DNA from: Acidobacteria bacterium UBA2990
GTDB lineage: Bacteria > Acidobacteriota > Vicinamibacteria > Vicinamibacterales > UBA8438
NCBI GenBank assembly: GCA_002347025.1
Contig: DEAE01000016.1
Coordinates: forward strand, 6,877 to 70,876
DNA: 64,000 bases
Direction: 5' to 3'
The notes under the pieces were generated by a model that ran no database searches, was not told the origin of the DNA, and was given only the letters and a program-made list of their open reading frames with translations. Positions 1 to 9,270 of the stretch are shown piece after piece (the stretch's first letter is position 1; every line of letters starts with the position of its first letter). A program made the translations under genes and the position numbers.

Positions 1-123
1 GACTGGCAAAGCCAATTGACGCGGCAGTAAATAATTTCGCGCGTAGCCATTAGCAACCTTCACAATATCTCCGCGACGACCAAGATATTCAACCGGTTCA
101 CGAAGAATAACCTGCACTGCCAT
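1..123 (-). CDS. rplI: 50S ribosomal protein L9, N-terminal part (gene runs off the window start)
   Basis: Reverse complement of 1-123 reads [41 protein letters not shown], the canonical L9 N-terminal domain. It is absent from the ORF track because it is truncated at the window edge. It lies downstream of rpsF-rpsR, as is usual. Confidence 0.85.
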   Translation of the reverse strand, partial: MAVQVILREPVEYLGRRGDIVKVANGYARNYLLPRQLALPV

Positions 124-273
124 CTGTTTCGCTCCGATCAGTAGCTACCCGGGGCCATGTCTCATTTCAAGGACAGCTGGCTCTTGACAGCCAGAAAGCC
201 CAGCCAATTAATCAACTAATTCAAGTTCTCAGAAATCCATCACCGACAAGGACAGGTAATACCCCCACAAAGA

Positions 274-543
274 CTAATCAGTCACATACGGAATTAGTGC
301 CAGTTGTCTAGCTCTCTTAATTGCGGTTTGTAGCTTGCGCTGGTGGGCGGCACAAGTACCAGATAGACGTCTCGGCTGTATCTTGCCCCGTTCTGGAATA
401 CTGCCTATTAGCATTCGAACGTCCTTGTAATCTATATACGGAATCTTGTCGACGCAAAAGCGACAAACCCTCTTACGGCGAAACATGCCCCGACGAGGTC
501 GGTCAGACTTGGTGTTGGGCCCGCTTGAGCGCTCACCCCTCAT
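274..543 (-). CDS. rpsR: 30S ribosomal protein S18
   Basis: The 89-aa product contains the CRFC..IDYKD....L...I.ERGKI.PRR.SG.C...QR.L..AIKRAR.LAL pattern typical of S18. It overlaps rpsF by 4 nt (ATGA). Confidence 0.92.
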   Translation of the reverse strand: MRGERSSGPNTKSDRPRRGMFRRKRVCRFCVDKIPYIDYKDVRMLIGSIPERGKIQPRRLSGTCAAHQRKLQTAIKRARQLALIPYVTD

Positions 544-1061
544 TCTTGCACCTCCGGTTTTTCATCTACCGTGACAGCGTCTGCAGGACCCTCTCTAGTT
601 GGGGAAGCTGGTTTTGACTCACCTGTTGAGGGCTCTCCTGCGGACTCACTGCTTTCGATCGATGCACTTGGCGAGTCATTATTATTCATCTCTGTCGTTG
701 ACTCAGATTCAGAAATCTCACTAGCCAACTTCCGCTTCTCAGATTCAACTCGAGCCTTACGTAGGTCCTCGTCGACCCGAACCGTAAGGTAGCGGAGAAC
801 AAGATCTCGAACCCTCAGCCGCCGACCAAGCTCACTTATTATTGTTCCAGGCCCATTAATGTGCTGAACAACGTATATCCCTTCAGTGAAGGGTCCGATA
901 GGATACGCTAGCTTCCGGCTACCCCAAAGATCGGTGCTCTCGACACTCCCGCCCAGTGCTTCGAGGTGCTCCTTAATCTCGCCTTGGACCTCTTGCAGGT
1001 CAGCGTCTGTGGCCGTCGGAGCCACTATATAGACGAGTTCGTATTGTCTTTCGTTTGCCAT
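540..1061 (-). CDS. rpsF: 30S ribosomal protein S6 with long acidic or Ser-rich C-terminal tail
   Basis: The N-terminus (YELVYIV....D....V...I...L...GG.V...D.WG.RKLAYPI) is S6-like, and the gene is in rpsF-rpsR-rplI order. Confidence 0.9.
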   Translation of the reverse strand: MANERQYELVYIVAPTATDADLQEVQGEIKEHLEALGGSVESTDLWGSRKLAYPIGPFTEGIYVVQHINGPGTIISELGRRLRVRDLVLRYLTVRVDEDLRKARVESEKRKLASEISESESTTEMNNNDSPSASIESSESAGEPSTGESKPASPTREGPADAVTVDEKPEVQE

Positions 1062-1198
1062 ATTGCTCCTTCTGGTCTAACGGCCACAGCCGGTGGCAAG
1101 GAGTTGAGTGGAAATTTCGATTCCTCGCGCTTCGAACGAGCCTACCTAACTAGGACACCTCAGGTCAAGATACCCGTGCCAGAACTGCCCACAGCCTT

Positions 1199-1792
1199 TC
1201 AAGACTCTGGCTCCTCGGTCTCCCATTGATTAAATACATTCATCACTTCATCAATACCAGAATCCACAAACAGAACGGCCGCATCGGCAGCTCGTCCAAC
1301 CGCCTCGTCAATCACTGGCCGCTCGGACTCAGTAAACCGCGATAGCACCCGGCCGGCTAAACCACGTTTCGGATCACCACGTCCCACGCCGATCCGCATA
1401 CGCGAAAAACCCTCTGTCGCCAGCTCATCGATGACCGAACGAAGCCCATTGTGTCCACCAGCGGACCCTTTACGTCTGGCCCGGATGCGCCCAAGATCCA
1501 AGTTCACATCTTCCGTGATCACCAGCAAATCCACCAACCGGATTCGGTAATATCGCTGAAGTGCTCCTACTGCGATTCCGCTCCGGTTCATATACGTCAG
1601 TGGTTTCACAAGAACGACGCTTTCACGTTCGCCGGAAACACTTGGGAAACTTGCAACCCCTGCATCGGCAGGACCTGATCGAAACACCAGGTCCAACCGC
1701 CGAGCAACTTCATCAACGACCTCAAACCCAACGTTGTGACGGGTGCCACAATAATTGGCACCAGGGTTGCCCAAACCAACAATAAGCTTCAC
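1199..1792 (-). CDS. pth: peptidyl-tRNA hydrolase
   Basis: MKLIVGLGNPG..Y..TRHNVGF, and later GHNGLRS, are hallmark Pth motifs. Confidence 0.93.
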   Translation of the reverse strand: MKLIVGLGNPGANYCGTRHNVGFEVVDEVARRLDLVFRSGPADAGVASFPSVSGERESVVLVKPLTYMNRSGIAVGALQRYYRIRLVDLLVITEDVNLDLGRIRARRKGSAGGHNGLRSVIDELATEGFSRMRIGVGRGDPKRGLAGRVLSRFTESERPVIDEAVGRAADAAVLFVDSGIDEVMNVFNQWETEEPES

Positions 1793-1885
1793 GGTTCAGT
1801 TAACAAGAATTAGGAACGCGCTATCAATCTTGCCTAAATAAAGTAAATACGATCAACAAATTCACGGGTACGGACTTACCTTGTG

Positions 1886-2560
1886 CTACGAGTCTGACTT
1901 CTCGTCTCCATCCTCTATCTTCGGTTCAGACTCGGCATCTGCCTCAGCAGTATCCGCTTCCTCACCCTCAACTGACGGCTCCTCTTCCAACCTAGGCGCT
2001 ATGACATGGACAATCAGCGTGTCCTGGTCGGTCACCGGTGCCCATGGCACCCCCTCAAGGAGTTCCCGCAAACGAATCCCATCACCAATCATGAGAGCCG
2101 AGATTTCAACAGAAATGCGCTCAGGAATTTCCGATGGCAAGCAGGTTATAGCGACATCACGTTGAACAAAGTCGACCACCCCCCCTTGCACCTTGACCCC
2201 CTCGGGTTCGCCGGTGAGTTCAACAGGCACGGTGACCGTAATGGCTTTGTCCATTGCCACTCGATAAAAATCAACGTGAAGAAGGTCGTGGCTAATCGGA
2301 TCAATCTGATAGTCTTTGATCAAAACTTGGTCGGCCTTCCCACCATCAAGAACCAAGCCAATGAGAGTATTAACACCACTGTCTGAGCGCAGCACATCAA
2401 GCAAAGCTTCTGGCATAACACTGACGGATAATGCTTCTCCGCCTGATGAATCACCACCTTGCCCATACACCACTCCGGGCACACGCCCTCCCCGGCGAAG
2501 CCGGCGACTAACATTCTTCCCACGTTCAGATCGTTCTTCTACATTCAGCGTAATTGCCAT
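1886..2560 (-). CDS. rplY: 50S ribosomal protein L25 / general stress protein Ctc
   Basis: The N-terminus has R...GK...RRLRR.G.VPGVVYG, followed by the long Ctc-type form with an acidic tail. It sits in the pth-ctc-prs synteny. Confidence 0.9.
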   Translation of the reverse strand: MAITLNVEERSERGKNVSRRLRRGGRVPGVVYGQGGDSSGGEALSVSVMPEALLDVLRSDSGVNTLIGLVLDGGKADQVLIKDYQIDPISHDLLHVDFYRVAMDKAITVTVPVELTGEPEGVKVQGGVVDFVQRDVAITCLPSEIPERISVEISALMIGDGIRLRELLEGVPWAPVTDQDTLIVHVIAPRLEEEPSVEGEEADTAEADAESEPKIEDGDEKSDS

Positions 2561-2596
2561 AACTAGACCTAACTAATGCGAATCAAAAAAGTCCGC

Positions 2597-3541
2597 TTAA
2601 ACGAACAGAGACGACACAGATGTCTCTTGGTGAATACTTTCAATCGCTTTCCCAAGCAACGGAGCAACTGATAATATCTCGACCTTATCAGATTCAACAA
2701 TTGCAGACCTCGGCGGTATGGTGTTGGTAACCACCAGCTTTTCGAGCGCCGAGTTATTGATCCGGTCCAAAGCTGGCCCAGATAACACACCATGAACCGC
2801 ACAGGCAAACACACCAGAAGCCCCATTGCTACGTAGTGCCTCAGCGCTATGAGTTAAGGTTCCAGCCGTGTCCACGATGTCATCCTGGATGATACATACT
2901 CGATCCTGAACTTCACCCACCACATTCATCACTTGTGCCGCCCCGTCACTGGACCGCCTTTTATCAATAATTGCTAGCTCTGCTCCCAGTCGTTTGGCAT
3001 AGGCACGCGCTCTCTCTACGCCACCCGCATCAGGCGAAACAATGGTCAGATCCTGGTCCGCCTTGCGGACCAAGTGCTCTATAAACACCGGAGCAGCGAA
3101 TAGGTGGTCGACAGGAATGTCAAAGAAGGCCTGGATTTGCGCTTTATGTAAATCCATGGTCAAGACACGGTTTGCCCCGGCGGCACTCAATAAATTCGCA
3201 ACAAGTTTGGCTGATATAGGAACCCGAGGCTTATCCTTTCGGTCCTGGCGAGCGTAGCCGTAATAAGGCATAACTGCTGTGATCCGTGACGCAGACGAGC
3301 GCCTAAACGCATCGATCATTACACACAACTCAATGATGTGAGAATCGACCGGTGTGCAGGTTGGCTGCAGGATGAAAACATCGGCACCCCGTATGTTTTC
3401 GTCGATCTGAAATGACACTTCCGTGTCAGAAAATCTCTTTAGGCTCGCTCGTCCCAAGGGAGTGCCGATGTGCTCAGCGATCTCCTTCGCTAATTGCGGG
3501 TGCGCAGTTCCGGTAAAGAGTTTTAGCTGTCTGTTCTGCAT
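2597..3541 (-). CDS. prs: ribose-phosphate pyrophosphokinase
   Basis: The 314-aa product shows LKLFTG.AHP.LA.EIA..., YYGYARQDRK and DLH..QIQ.FF..PVDHL, and a PRPP-binding loop (DDIVDTAGT). Confidence 0.95.
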   Translation of the reverse strand: MQNRQLKLFTGTAHPQLAKEIAEHIGTPLGRASLKRFSDTEVSFQIDENIRGADVFILQPTCTPVDSHIIELCVMIDAFRRSSASRITAVMPYYGYARQDRKDKPRVPISAKLVANLLSAAGANRVLTMDLHKAQIQAFFDIPVDHLFAAPVFIEHLVRKADQDLTIVSPDAGGVERARAYAKRLGAELAIIDKRRSSDGAAQVMNVVGEVQDRVCIIQDDIVDTAGTLTHSAEALRSNGASGVFACAVHGVLSGPALDRINNSALEKLVVTNTIPPRSAIVESDKVEILSVAPLLGKAIESIHQETSVSSLFV

Positions 3542-3607
3542 CGCCGTTCGATCAGATTCCCAGCATTTCCCTAGTTAAAGTGAATATGCTCAATGGCCCG
3601 CGTGGAT

Positions 3608-3683
3608 TGGCTGGGGCGGAAGGATTCGAACCTTCGAATACGGGATTCAAAGTCCCGCGCCTTAACCGCTTGGCCACGCCCCA
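3608..3683 (-). tRNA. tRNA-Gln (anticodon UUG)
   Basis: The minus strand reads TGGGGCGTGGCCAAGCGGTTAAGGCGCGGGACTTTGAATCCCGTATTCGAAGGTTCGAATCCTTCCGCCCCAGCCA. It has a 7-bp acceptor stem (UGGGGCG/CGCCCCA), an anticodon stem CGGGA/TCCCG with loop CTTTGAA (anticodon TTG), a T-arm GAAGG-TTCGAAT-CCTTC and an encoded CCA. The track ORF 3552..3743 over it is spurious. Confidence 0.9.
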
Positions 3684-3919
3684 CCTAAAGTGATTCCCCA
3701 CACCGAATGCCGTGTCTACCGACCCCCCGTACACGATAGCCAAGGCTCGAGTTCAGGCAAGGCACGGGCAACGAGCGTGATGCCAGCACAAGGCAACCAG
3801 ACTCGAAGAACAACACGAATCAACCAATACGCAGGGACTAAATTGTTACCCGCACAAACTTTCATTGTAGCCTGAGCTCACTTTACTGAGCAAGAACAGA
3901 CCATCTTCAAAGTGAACCT

Positions 3920-4957
3920 CTAGGACCTAAAGCCAGACTCCTGAGCAAGTCTGTCACGGTTCATGGTCTCTGAAATTTTCACTGTCCAGCCATCCCAACT
4001 CACACCCCTCGCAGCCTCCACTGCCATAGCCCGCTGGGCAAACAACCCAAAAACAGCCGACCCACTTCCCGTCATGGCTGCAATTTCCGCCCCGGAGTTG
4101 GCCAGCTTTCTCACGGCCCGGCGTATCTCTGGACGGCGTCCGGCTACCGGTTTCTCTAGCTCATTATCAACTCCATCCAGAGCAATGGACGAACCAATCA
4201 CCTGAGGAGACCTCCAAACTTGTCGTCCAGGAAAACCACCTCGACCACCCGTGCTGTCCCTATCTTGCTCCAACCAACCATAGGCCTCAACCGTCGAAAC
4301 CCCACGAGGTGGGACCGCAACAACTACCCAGTATCGAGGCAACTCCGCTAGCGGGTATATCTCGTCTCCTCGCCCGATCCCGAGAGCTGTGCCACCAACC
4401 AAGAAAAAAGGCCCATCAGCACCGAGTTCTGACGCAATACCATCAAGCTCGTGGTGGCCGAATGTCAGTCCCCAAAATCGGCACACACCTCGCAGCACAG
4501 CCACCGCATCCGAAGTCCCACCTCCCAATCCTGCCTGAACCGGAATACGCTTGGTAATAGTGACCTTAACACCCGTTGGATCACCATGACGGCCCGAAGC
4601 TGTCCAAAGCTTATGCATCGCGCCCCACACGAGGTTGTCTCGGTCTTGAGGGACTCCAGCCGACGAGCACCTGACCTGACACGGACCACTGATAGCTCGC
4701 AGGGTTAAGGTGTCGTACAACCTGATTGTCTGGATGATAGTGCGGAGATCATGAAAACCGTCAGGACGCTTGGCACCTACTTGCAGATCCAAGTTAACCT
4801 TAGCGTAAGCCCGAAGCCGCACAATCCCAACTGCCCGTTCCTCCGACATCTCAGCACCGAAACGCCGAGCGGTTGCTTCCGACATTTTCCCTTCCGACAC
4901 CCACAAGGATCCGACTACCTTCGCCGTCAGACGCTCTCGCAAGAGCAGTAATGACAC
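3920..4957 (-). CDS. ispE: 4-diphosphocytidyl-2-C-methyl-D-erythritol kinase; true start probably internal (Met at 4885 or 4849)
   Basis: AYAKVNL.L.V...R.DGFH.L......I.L.D.L and the GHMP-kinase loop GLGGGTSDA are present. The ORF is about 40-55 aa longer than typical IspE, so the first Met is probably not the start. Confidence 0.88.
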   Translation of the reverse strand: MSLLLLRERLTAKVVGSLWVSEGKMSEATARRFGAEMSEERAVGIVRLRAYAKVNLDLQVGAKRPDGFHDLRTIIQTIRLYDTLTLRAISGPCQVRCSSAGVPQDRDNLVWGAMHKLWTASGRHGDPTGVKVTITKRIPVQAGLGGGTSDAVAVLRGVCRFWGLTFGHHELDGIASELGADGPFFLVGGTALGIGRGDEIYPLAELPRYWVVVAVPPRGVSTVEAYGWLEQDRDSTGGRGGFPGRQVWRSPQVIGSSIALDGVDNELEKPVAGRRPEIRRAVRKLANSGAEIAAMTGSGSAVFGLFAQRAMAVEAARGVSWDGWTVKISETMNRDRLAQESGFRS

Positions 4958-4976
4958 CGCAAAACTCGTTCAAGAT

Positions 4977-5795
4977 TCACTGCCGTCCGAGAGGCACTCG
5001 CAATGGTCCAGCCCGATTCAGCTCTTCCAATGTCATAGGAACAACATTCATCGGTAGCTGCAGAGAGAAGGTCGACTTCTCAAGCTGAACATTAAGATTA
5101 AGCTGAGATAGGCTGGCTGTAATGTCAATTGGAAGTCCCGCTTGCCTGCCTACTCCCGGTTCCGTCGAAAACACTCGCACTACCGTGGGCATCCCACGCC
5201 GAAATCCACCGTACTCGATCGTCAGCCCGTCTCGGGTCCCAGCTACGAGATGGTAATCGTTTCCCATTAGTCGCAAGTACGCGCTCGCTCCGCCCGACAA
5301 ATCCACCACAATCCACCCGCCAACACTTCTCCCTCGAAGCGGTCGAGATTCTGGAACCAAACAGCCCGTCAGCACTGCAAGGAGATCTCCAGGGCCAAAG
5401 GGTATCCCCGTCAATGCGGCCAGTATATCCACAGCCGGTACATCAGTCACCACACGACCCTGTCGCGTAAGCCACAACGTCGCCTCCTCCTCAGCGGCCA
5501 CCAAATAGAAACCTGGAGTTCCGAACGGTGCAAGACCTTCCAGCCTAATAGATGCCGGCTTCGCCAAACCGGCACGCACTCTCCCGCTGAAATTTGTTTG
5601 GGTACCACGTCCTTGAATGCCAATCATCGCTTCAAAGGTGCGAACACGGCGACAATTAGCCACTACCGTATCGAAGAGGGAAGCATAAGCAGGGTACGCT
5701 ATCCCAGAACCCTGTGGGAGAATGACCCGACTCGGCGCGCAGGCTCCCGCAACAAAAAAAAACGTGACATATAGAGAGGCACGAACGAAAGTCAT
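4977..5795 (-). CDS. putative outer-membrane lipoprotein, LolB-like by position
   Basis: It has a hydrophobic N-terminus ending ..FFFVAGAC (signal or lipobox-like). It occupies the slot between the TPR protein and ispE that lolB holds in the proteobacterial lolB-ispE-prs arrangement. I see no sequence motif that proves LolB. Confidence 0.45.
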   Translation of the reverse strand: MTFVRASLYVTFFFVAGACAPSRVILPQGSGIAYPAYASLFDTVVANCRRVRTFEAMIGIQGRGTQTNFSGRVRAGLAKPASIRLEGLAPFGTPGFYLVAAEEEATLWLTRQGRVVTDVPAVDILAALTGIPFGPGDLLAVLTGCLVPESRPLRGRSVGGWIVVDLSGGASAYLRLMGNDYHLVAGTRDGLTIEYGGFRRGMPTVVRVFSTEPGVGRQAGLPIDITASLSQLNLNVQLEKSTFSLQLPMNVVPMTLEELNRAGPLRVPLGRQ

Positions 5796-5858
5796 CGTTC
5801 GCCAGGGTCTGGTCGAGGCTGGCCGAACGTATAGTGCATGAGGGTTTGCGAGAGGCGA

Positions 5859-7712
5859 CTACCGATTCAGGCGTGTCCGAGCCTCTTGGATTTTGGTTTC
5901 GACCTCTGACAAGTCGAGTCCATTTCCATCACCGGACAAAGCCCGTTCCCACGCAGAAATTGCCTCGGTATATCGTTCCAGTCTGAAAAGCAGATCACCC
6001 ATGTGATCCTGCACCACCGAGTTGCTCTGAAGCTGGTCACTGGCCCTTCGCAACGGCACTTCTGCCAATTCCAGCTCATCCTTCTTGAAGTACGCCCAAC
6101 CGAGGCTGTCGAGATAAGACCCATTCTGGGGATCAAGTTCGAGGGCACGCTGAATCAATAGCACTGACTCGTCGAGTCTCTCTCCTCGTTCAGCCAACAT
6201 ATAGCCAAGATAATTCAAGGTCTGTGCGTCATCCGGGTTGGCATCAAGCACCCTCCTAAACGCCTGTTCGGCCTCGGCAAATCGCTGGGCTCGCTCGAAC
6301 AAGGCACCTAGCTGAAACACAATCAGTGTGCTGCCAGGAAACCGGACCTCTGCTTCCTCCAAAACTCGCACAGCCTGAGAAACCCGACCGTTGTCGCTAT
6401 AAACACCAGCCAAGGCTACATGGGCAATCGGTTCGCCTATATGATCAGGTAGAGCCCGCTCAAGTAGCGAAATAGCATCGTCAACCGAACCGCGAGCCAA
6501 TAAGGCCTGTGCTTCAAGGCGAACCAAGGCCAGACTATCCGGTCTGGCTTCACGGGCCAAAGCTAAAATTTCATCCGCTTCATCGAAACGTTCAGCATCA
6601 AGATAAGTTTGTGCAAGCTGAACCTGTAGCCGAAAATTTGCAGGGACCAACTCGTTTGCTTCAGTTAGTGCGTCGATGGCTCCATCAAAATCGCCTAGCC
6701 TATGGTAGGCGACACTTAAGCTCTGAAGCAGGCCAGCAAGTTGTGGGAGCGATTCCCCATCATCACGAACCCTACCGACCAACAGAACCAGAGTGTCTGC
6801 CATGGCTCGGTACTGTCCCATCGCACCTTGTACCCGTGACAATACGAATGGCCCACGGAGCCCGCTTGGCTCAAGTTCAACAACCCGACGGGCGGCCGTC
6901 TCGGCAGTTTCATGATTATTGTTCTGCAACTCGAGTTCGGCTATCTGGAACCAAGCTTCGGTATCATCCGGGCGTAGATCCACAAGATCTCGGAGAACAC
7001 CAAGGGCGCGGTCAGGCTCCCCTGCGTTAATCAAAGACCCGGCAAGCCTACGACGGTAACGGGCGCGCCGAGGACTCAACAACACTGCCCGCTCATAAGC
7101 AGCAGCCGCAGCATCCCACTGTTGCCTAGTTTCATGAGCCGCAGCCAACATAACCAGAGCCTCTGTAAATTGAGGTTCAGCCTCCAATACCTCAGTCAAA
7201 ACCTCAATCGCACTCTCGGCTTGACCACTGGTGATGTAGAGCCTACCCAGAGTCAGATAAAGCCCGGCATCCGGCAACCCTGGGTTCCGAGCCCGCTCTA
7301 AATGATCAACAGCCTGTTCAACATCCGTCTGAACAGGATCATTCTGAGAGCTAGCTCTGGCAGCATATACAAGTCCCAGAATGCGATGGGCGTCACGGTT
7401 GTCGGGATCTCGGTCGAGAGCCGAATTACCGGCCGAAATTGCTTCATCTGACCGATTTTGACGAGCGTAAAGTTCAGCAAGCTCTGACCATATGCCAGAA
7501 GCACTCGGGTCAAGCTCAGCAGCCTGCAGATAGGCCGCTACCGCAGCATCAAAATCACCTCCACCCTGGAGCAAACGACCCAGCATAAAAGCATGGTAAG
7601 CGGTTGCCCGATCCTCAAAGCCTGACGGTTCAGATTCCGCCGACTGAGCGTGGGCAAATACTCCAGAAACCAACATGACCGCGGCAAAAAACGAACTGAC
7701 TGTTAACCGCAT
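5859..7712 (-). CDS. secreted TPR-repeat protein
   Basis: A signal peptide (MRLTVSSFFAAVMLVSGVFAHAQS) is followed by many 34-aa A/L/Y/G-patterned TPR-like repeats over 617 aa. Confidence 0.8.
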   Translation of the reverse strand: MRLTVSSFFAAVMLVSGVFAHAQSAESEPSGFEDRATAYHAFMLGRLLQGGGDFDAAVAAYLQAAELDPSASGIWSELAELYARQNRSDEAISAGNSALDRDPDNRDAHRILGLVYAARASSQNDPVQTDVEQAVDHLERARNPGLPDAGLYLTLGRLYITSGQAESAIEVLTEVLEAEPQFTEALVMLAAAHETRQQWDAAAAAYERAVLLSPRRARYRRRLAGSLINAGEPDRALGVLRDLVDLRPDDTEAWFQIAELELQNNNHETAETAARRVVELEPSGLRGPFVLSRVQGAMGQYRAMADTLVLLVGRVRDDGESLPQLAGLLQSLSVAYHRLGDFDGAIDALTEANELVPANFRLQVQLAQTYLDAERFDEADEILALAREARPDSLALVRLEAQALLARGSVDDAISLLERALPDHIGEPIAHVALAGVYSDNGRVSQAVRVLEEAEVRFPGSTLIVFQLGALFERAQRFAEAEQAFRRVLDANPDDAQTLNYLGYMLAERGERLDESVLLIQRALELDPQNGSYLDSLGWAYFKKDELELAEVPLRRASDQLQSNSVVQDHMGDLLFRLERYTEAISAWERALSGDGNGLDLSEVETKIQEARTRLNR

Positions 7713-7811
7713 ATGGGTGAGATTGTTCCACAGGATAGGGAAGCGAACAACCCACTAGCGATAGCGGCACGTCAGAATCTGGTATAGTCCGGCCTTGGAG
7801 GAGGGCTCATC

Positions 7812-7982
7812 ATGGGGATTGACGCGAAATTGTTGGAGATACTTGCCTGTCCCCAATGCAAGACACCGGTCGAATTGGTGGATAACAGCAGCGGTCTTAA
7901 ATGCCAAACCTGCAAGCGGATATTCCCTATCAAAGACGATATTCCAGTAATGCTCATCGATGAAGCTACCATGGCAGATTGA
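7812..7982 (+). CDS. Trm112/YcaR (UPF0434)-like small zinc-ribbon protein, 56 aa
   Basis: My own translation is MGIDAKLLEILACPQCKTPVELVDNSSGLKCQTCKRIFPIKDDIPVMLIDEATMAD*. The LL.ILACP.CK....L........L.C..C...FPI.DGIPVML..EA pattern is characteristic. It is below the 60-aa track cutoff. The antisense track ORF 7772..8002 is spurious. Confidence 0.8.
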   Translation: MGIDAKLLEILACPQCKTPVELVDNSSGLKCQTCKRIFPIKDDIPVMLIDEATMAD

Positions 7983-8050
7983 CGAGCGACGCCCCCGCTC
8001 AACTAACCGTAGGACACTTCAGGAAGACCAAATGTCGGGAAGGCCCTGCC

Positions 8051-9202
8051 ATGATCGCCGCCCTGGATAATTACGACAGTTCAAATCTTGAAACCACAGC
8101 ACTAATTTCCCTGTTAGGTTTTGTCGCTGCTATTCAGATCTCAATAGCCGCGGCAGGCATTCTTCTCGCGGTCACAGTGGTCCTATGGATCGCTTTACTC
8201 GGGTCTAAACGGGAATGGCCTACAGCCCCGCCGTTTTTCGGGGCCCTATTGATCTATGCCGCCATAACCCTAACATCCGCCCTATTTTCTCTAGACCCCA
8301 TCAGCAGCTTCAGCGATTCCCGCGAGATATTGCTTTTCCTAGTTGTACCGCTAGTTTACCGACTGGCTCGTGGTCGCCATGCGCAGACTGTAGCAACAAT
8401 TGTTGTAAGTGTAGGCGCCGCCAGTGCCGTTTTCGGCATTGTGCAATACGGCATACTCGAGTACGACAATCTTGGGCAGCGACCCTCCGGCAGCATGGGC
8501 CATTACATGACCTATTCAGGTCTCCTAGTACTGGTCATCGGATTGGCGACTGCTCGCGCTCTTTTTGACACACGTGAACGGACTTGGTCGGTATTGGTGC
8601 TGCCGGCACTCATCGCAGCACTAGCCGTCACTCTAACCAGAAGCAACTGGGTCGGGGCAGGCGCGGCTATAGGAATCCTGTTTCTCCTCAAAGACATTCG
8701 TCTACTAGTGGTCGTACCAGTACTTGCCGCTTTAGTTTTAGTACTGGCGCCTCCCCAGATCACAGCAAGGGCATACTCAGCATTTGATCTCCAGGATCCG
8801 ACCGTGCGTGACCGTTTCGCAATGGCACGTGCCGGCGTCAAGATCATTAAGGATTATCCACTAACAGGGGTTGGACCAGACATGGTTCAGGAAGTCTATC
8901 CTGACTATAGAGACGCGAATGCGGTTCAGAAAGAAAATCCCCACCTCCACAACGTACCGCTACAGATAGCAGCCGAACGAGGCCTGCCAGCTCTAACAAT
9001 CTGGATCGGTTTTCTGGGCCTAGTAGCGCGGGATCTCATCAAACGTCTCCGAGCCGACAAACATCATGCTCTTAGCGCCGCTGGGCTAGCAGCGGTGGTC
9101 GGAATGTTGGCCGGAGGTCTCTTCGAATACAACTTCGGTGACTCGGAATTCCTGATGTTGTTTCTTGTTCTGATCACCCTGCCTCACTGCGAAGAAACCT
9201 AG
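8051..9202 (+). CDS. O-antigen ligase / O-antigen polymerase family (Wzy_C-like) polytopic membrane protein
   Basis: It has about 10 hydrophobic segments, a central loop (LTRSNWVGAGAAIG...) and a later NPHLHNVPLQIAAERG, typical of the WaaL/Wzy_C family. The start is set at the ATG at 8051, because the track start at 7979 would overlap the Trm112-like ORF. Confidence 0.7.
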   Translation: MIAALDNYDSSNLETTALISLLGFVAAIQISIAAAGILLAVTVVLWIALLGSKREWPTAPPFFGALLIYAAITLTSALFSLDPISSFSDSREILLFLVVPLVYRLARGRHAQTVATIVVSVGAASAVFGIVQYGILEYDNLGQRPSGSMGHYMTYSGLLVLVIGLATARALFDTRERTWSVLVLPALIAALAVTLTRSNWVGAGAAIGILFLLKDIRLLVVVPVLAALVLVLAPPQITARAYSAFDLQDPTVRDRFAMARAGVKIIKDYPLTGVGPDMVQEVYPDYRDANAVQKENPHLHNVPLQIAAERGLPALTIWIGFLGLVARDLIKRLRADKHHALSAAGLAAVVGMLAGGLFEYNFGDSEFLMLFLVLITLPHCEET

Positions 9203-9270
9203 GCAATAGAAAGCGCCATGAGGTCCTCTTCCGGTGTCATGAAGGTTAGCTGGTTGGGGGCCTTGGCCAC

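Noticed and set aside
540-1061. Unusually long acidic, Ser/Glu-rich C-terminal tail on ribosomal protein S6
   Set aside because: Variable acidic C-terminal extensions of S6 are common across bacteria and are not indicative of a new function.
7772-8002. Numerous 60-170-aa track ORFs lying antisense to or out of frame within long genes (for example 7772..8002, 3552..3743, 321..617, 6509..7030, 12240..12704, 18772..19503, 25786..26190, 36922..37467, 48324..48824, 51833..52297)
   Set aside because: Each is fully contained in, or opposite to, a much longer ORF with clear family motifs (or the tRNA). Their translations are low-complexity or Arg/Ser/Pro-rich, as expected for off-frame reading. None carries a recognisable motif.
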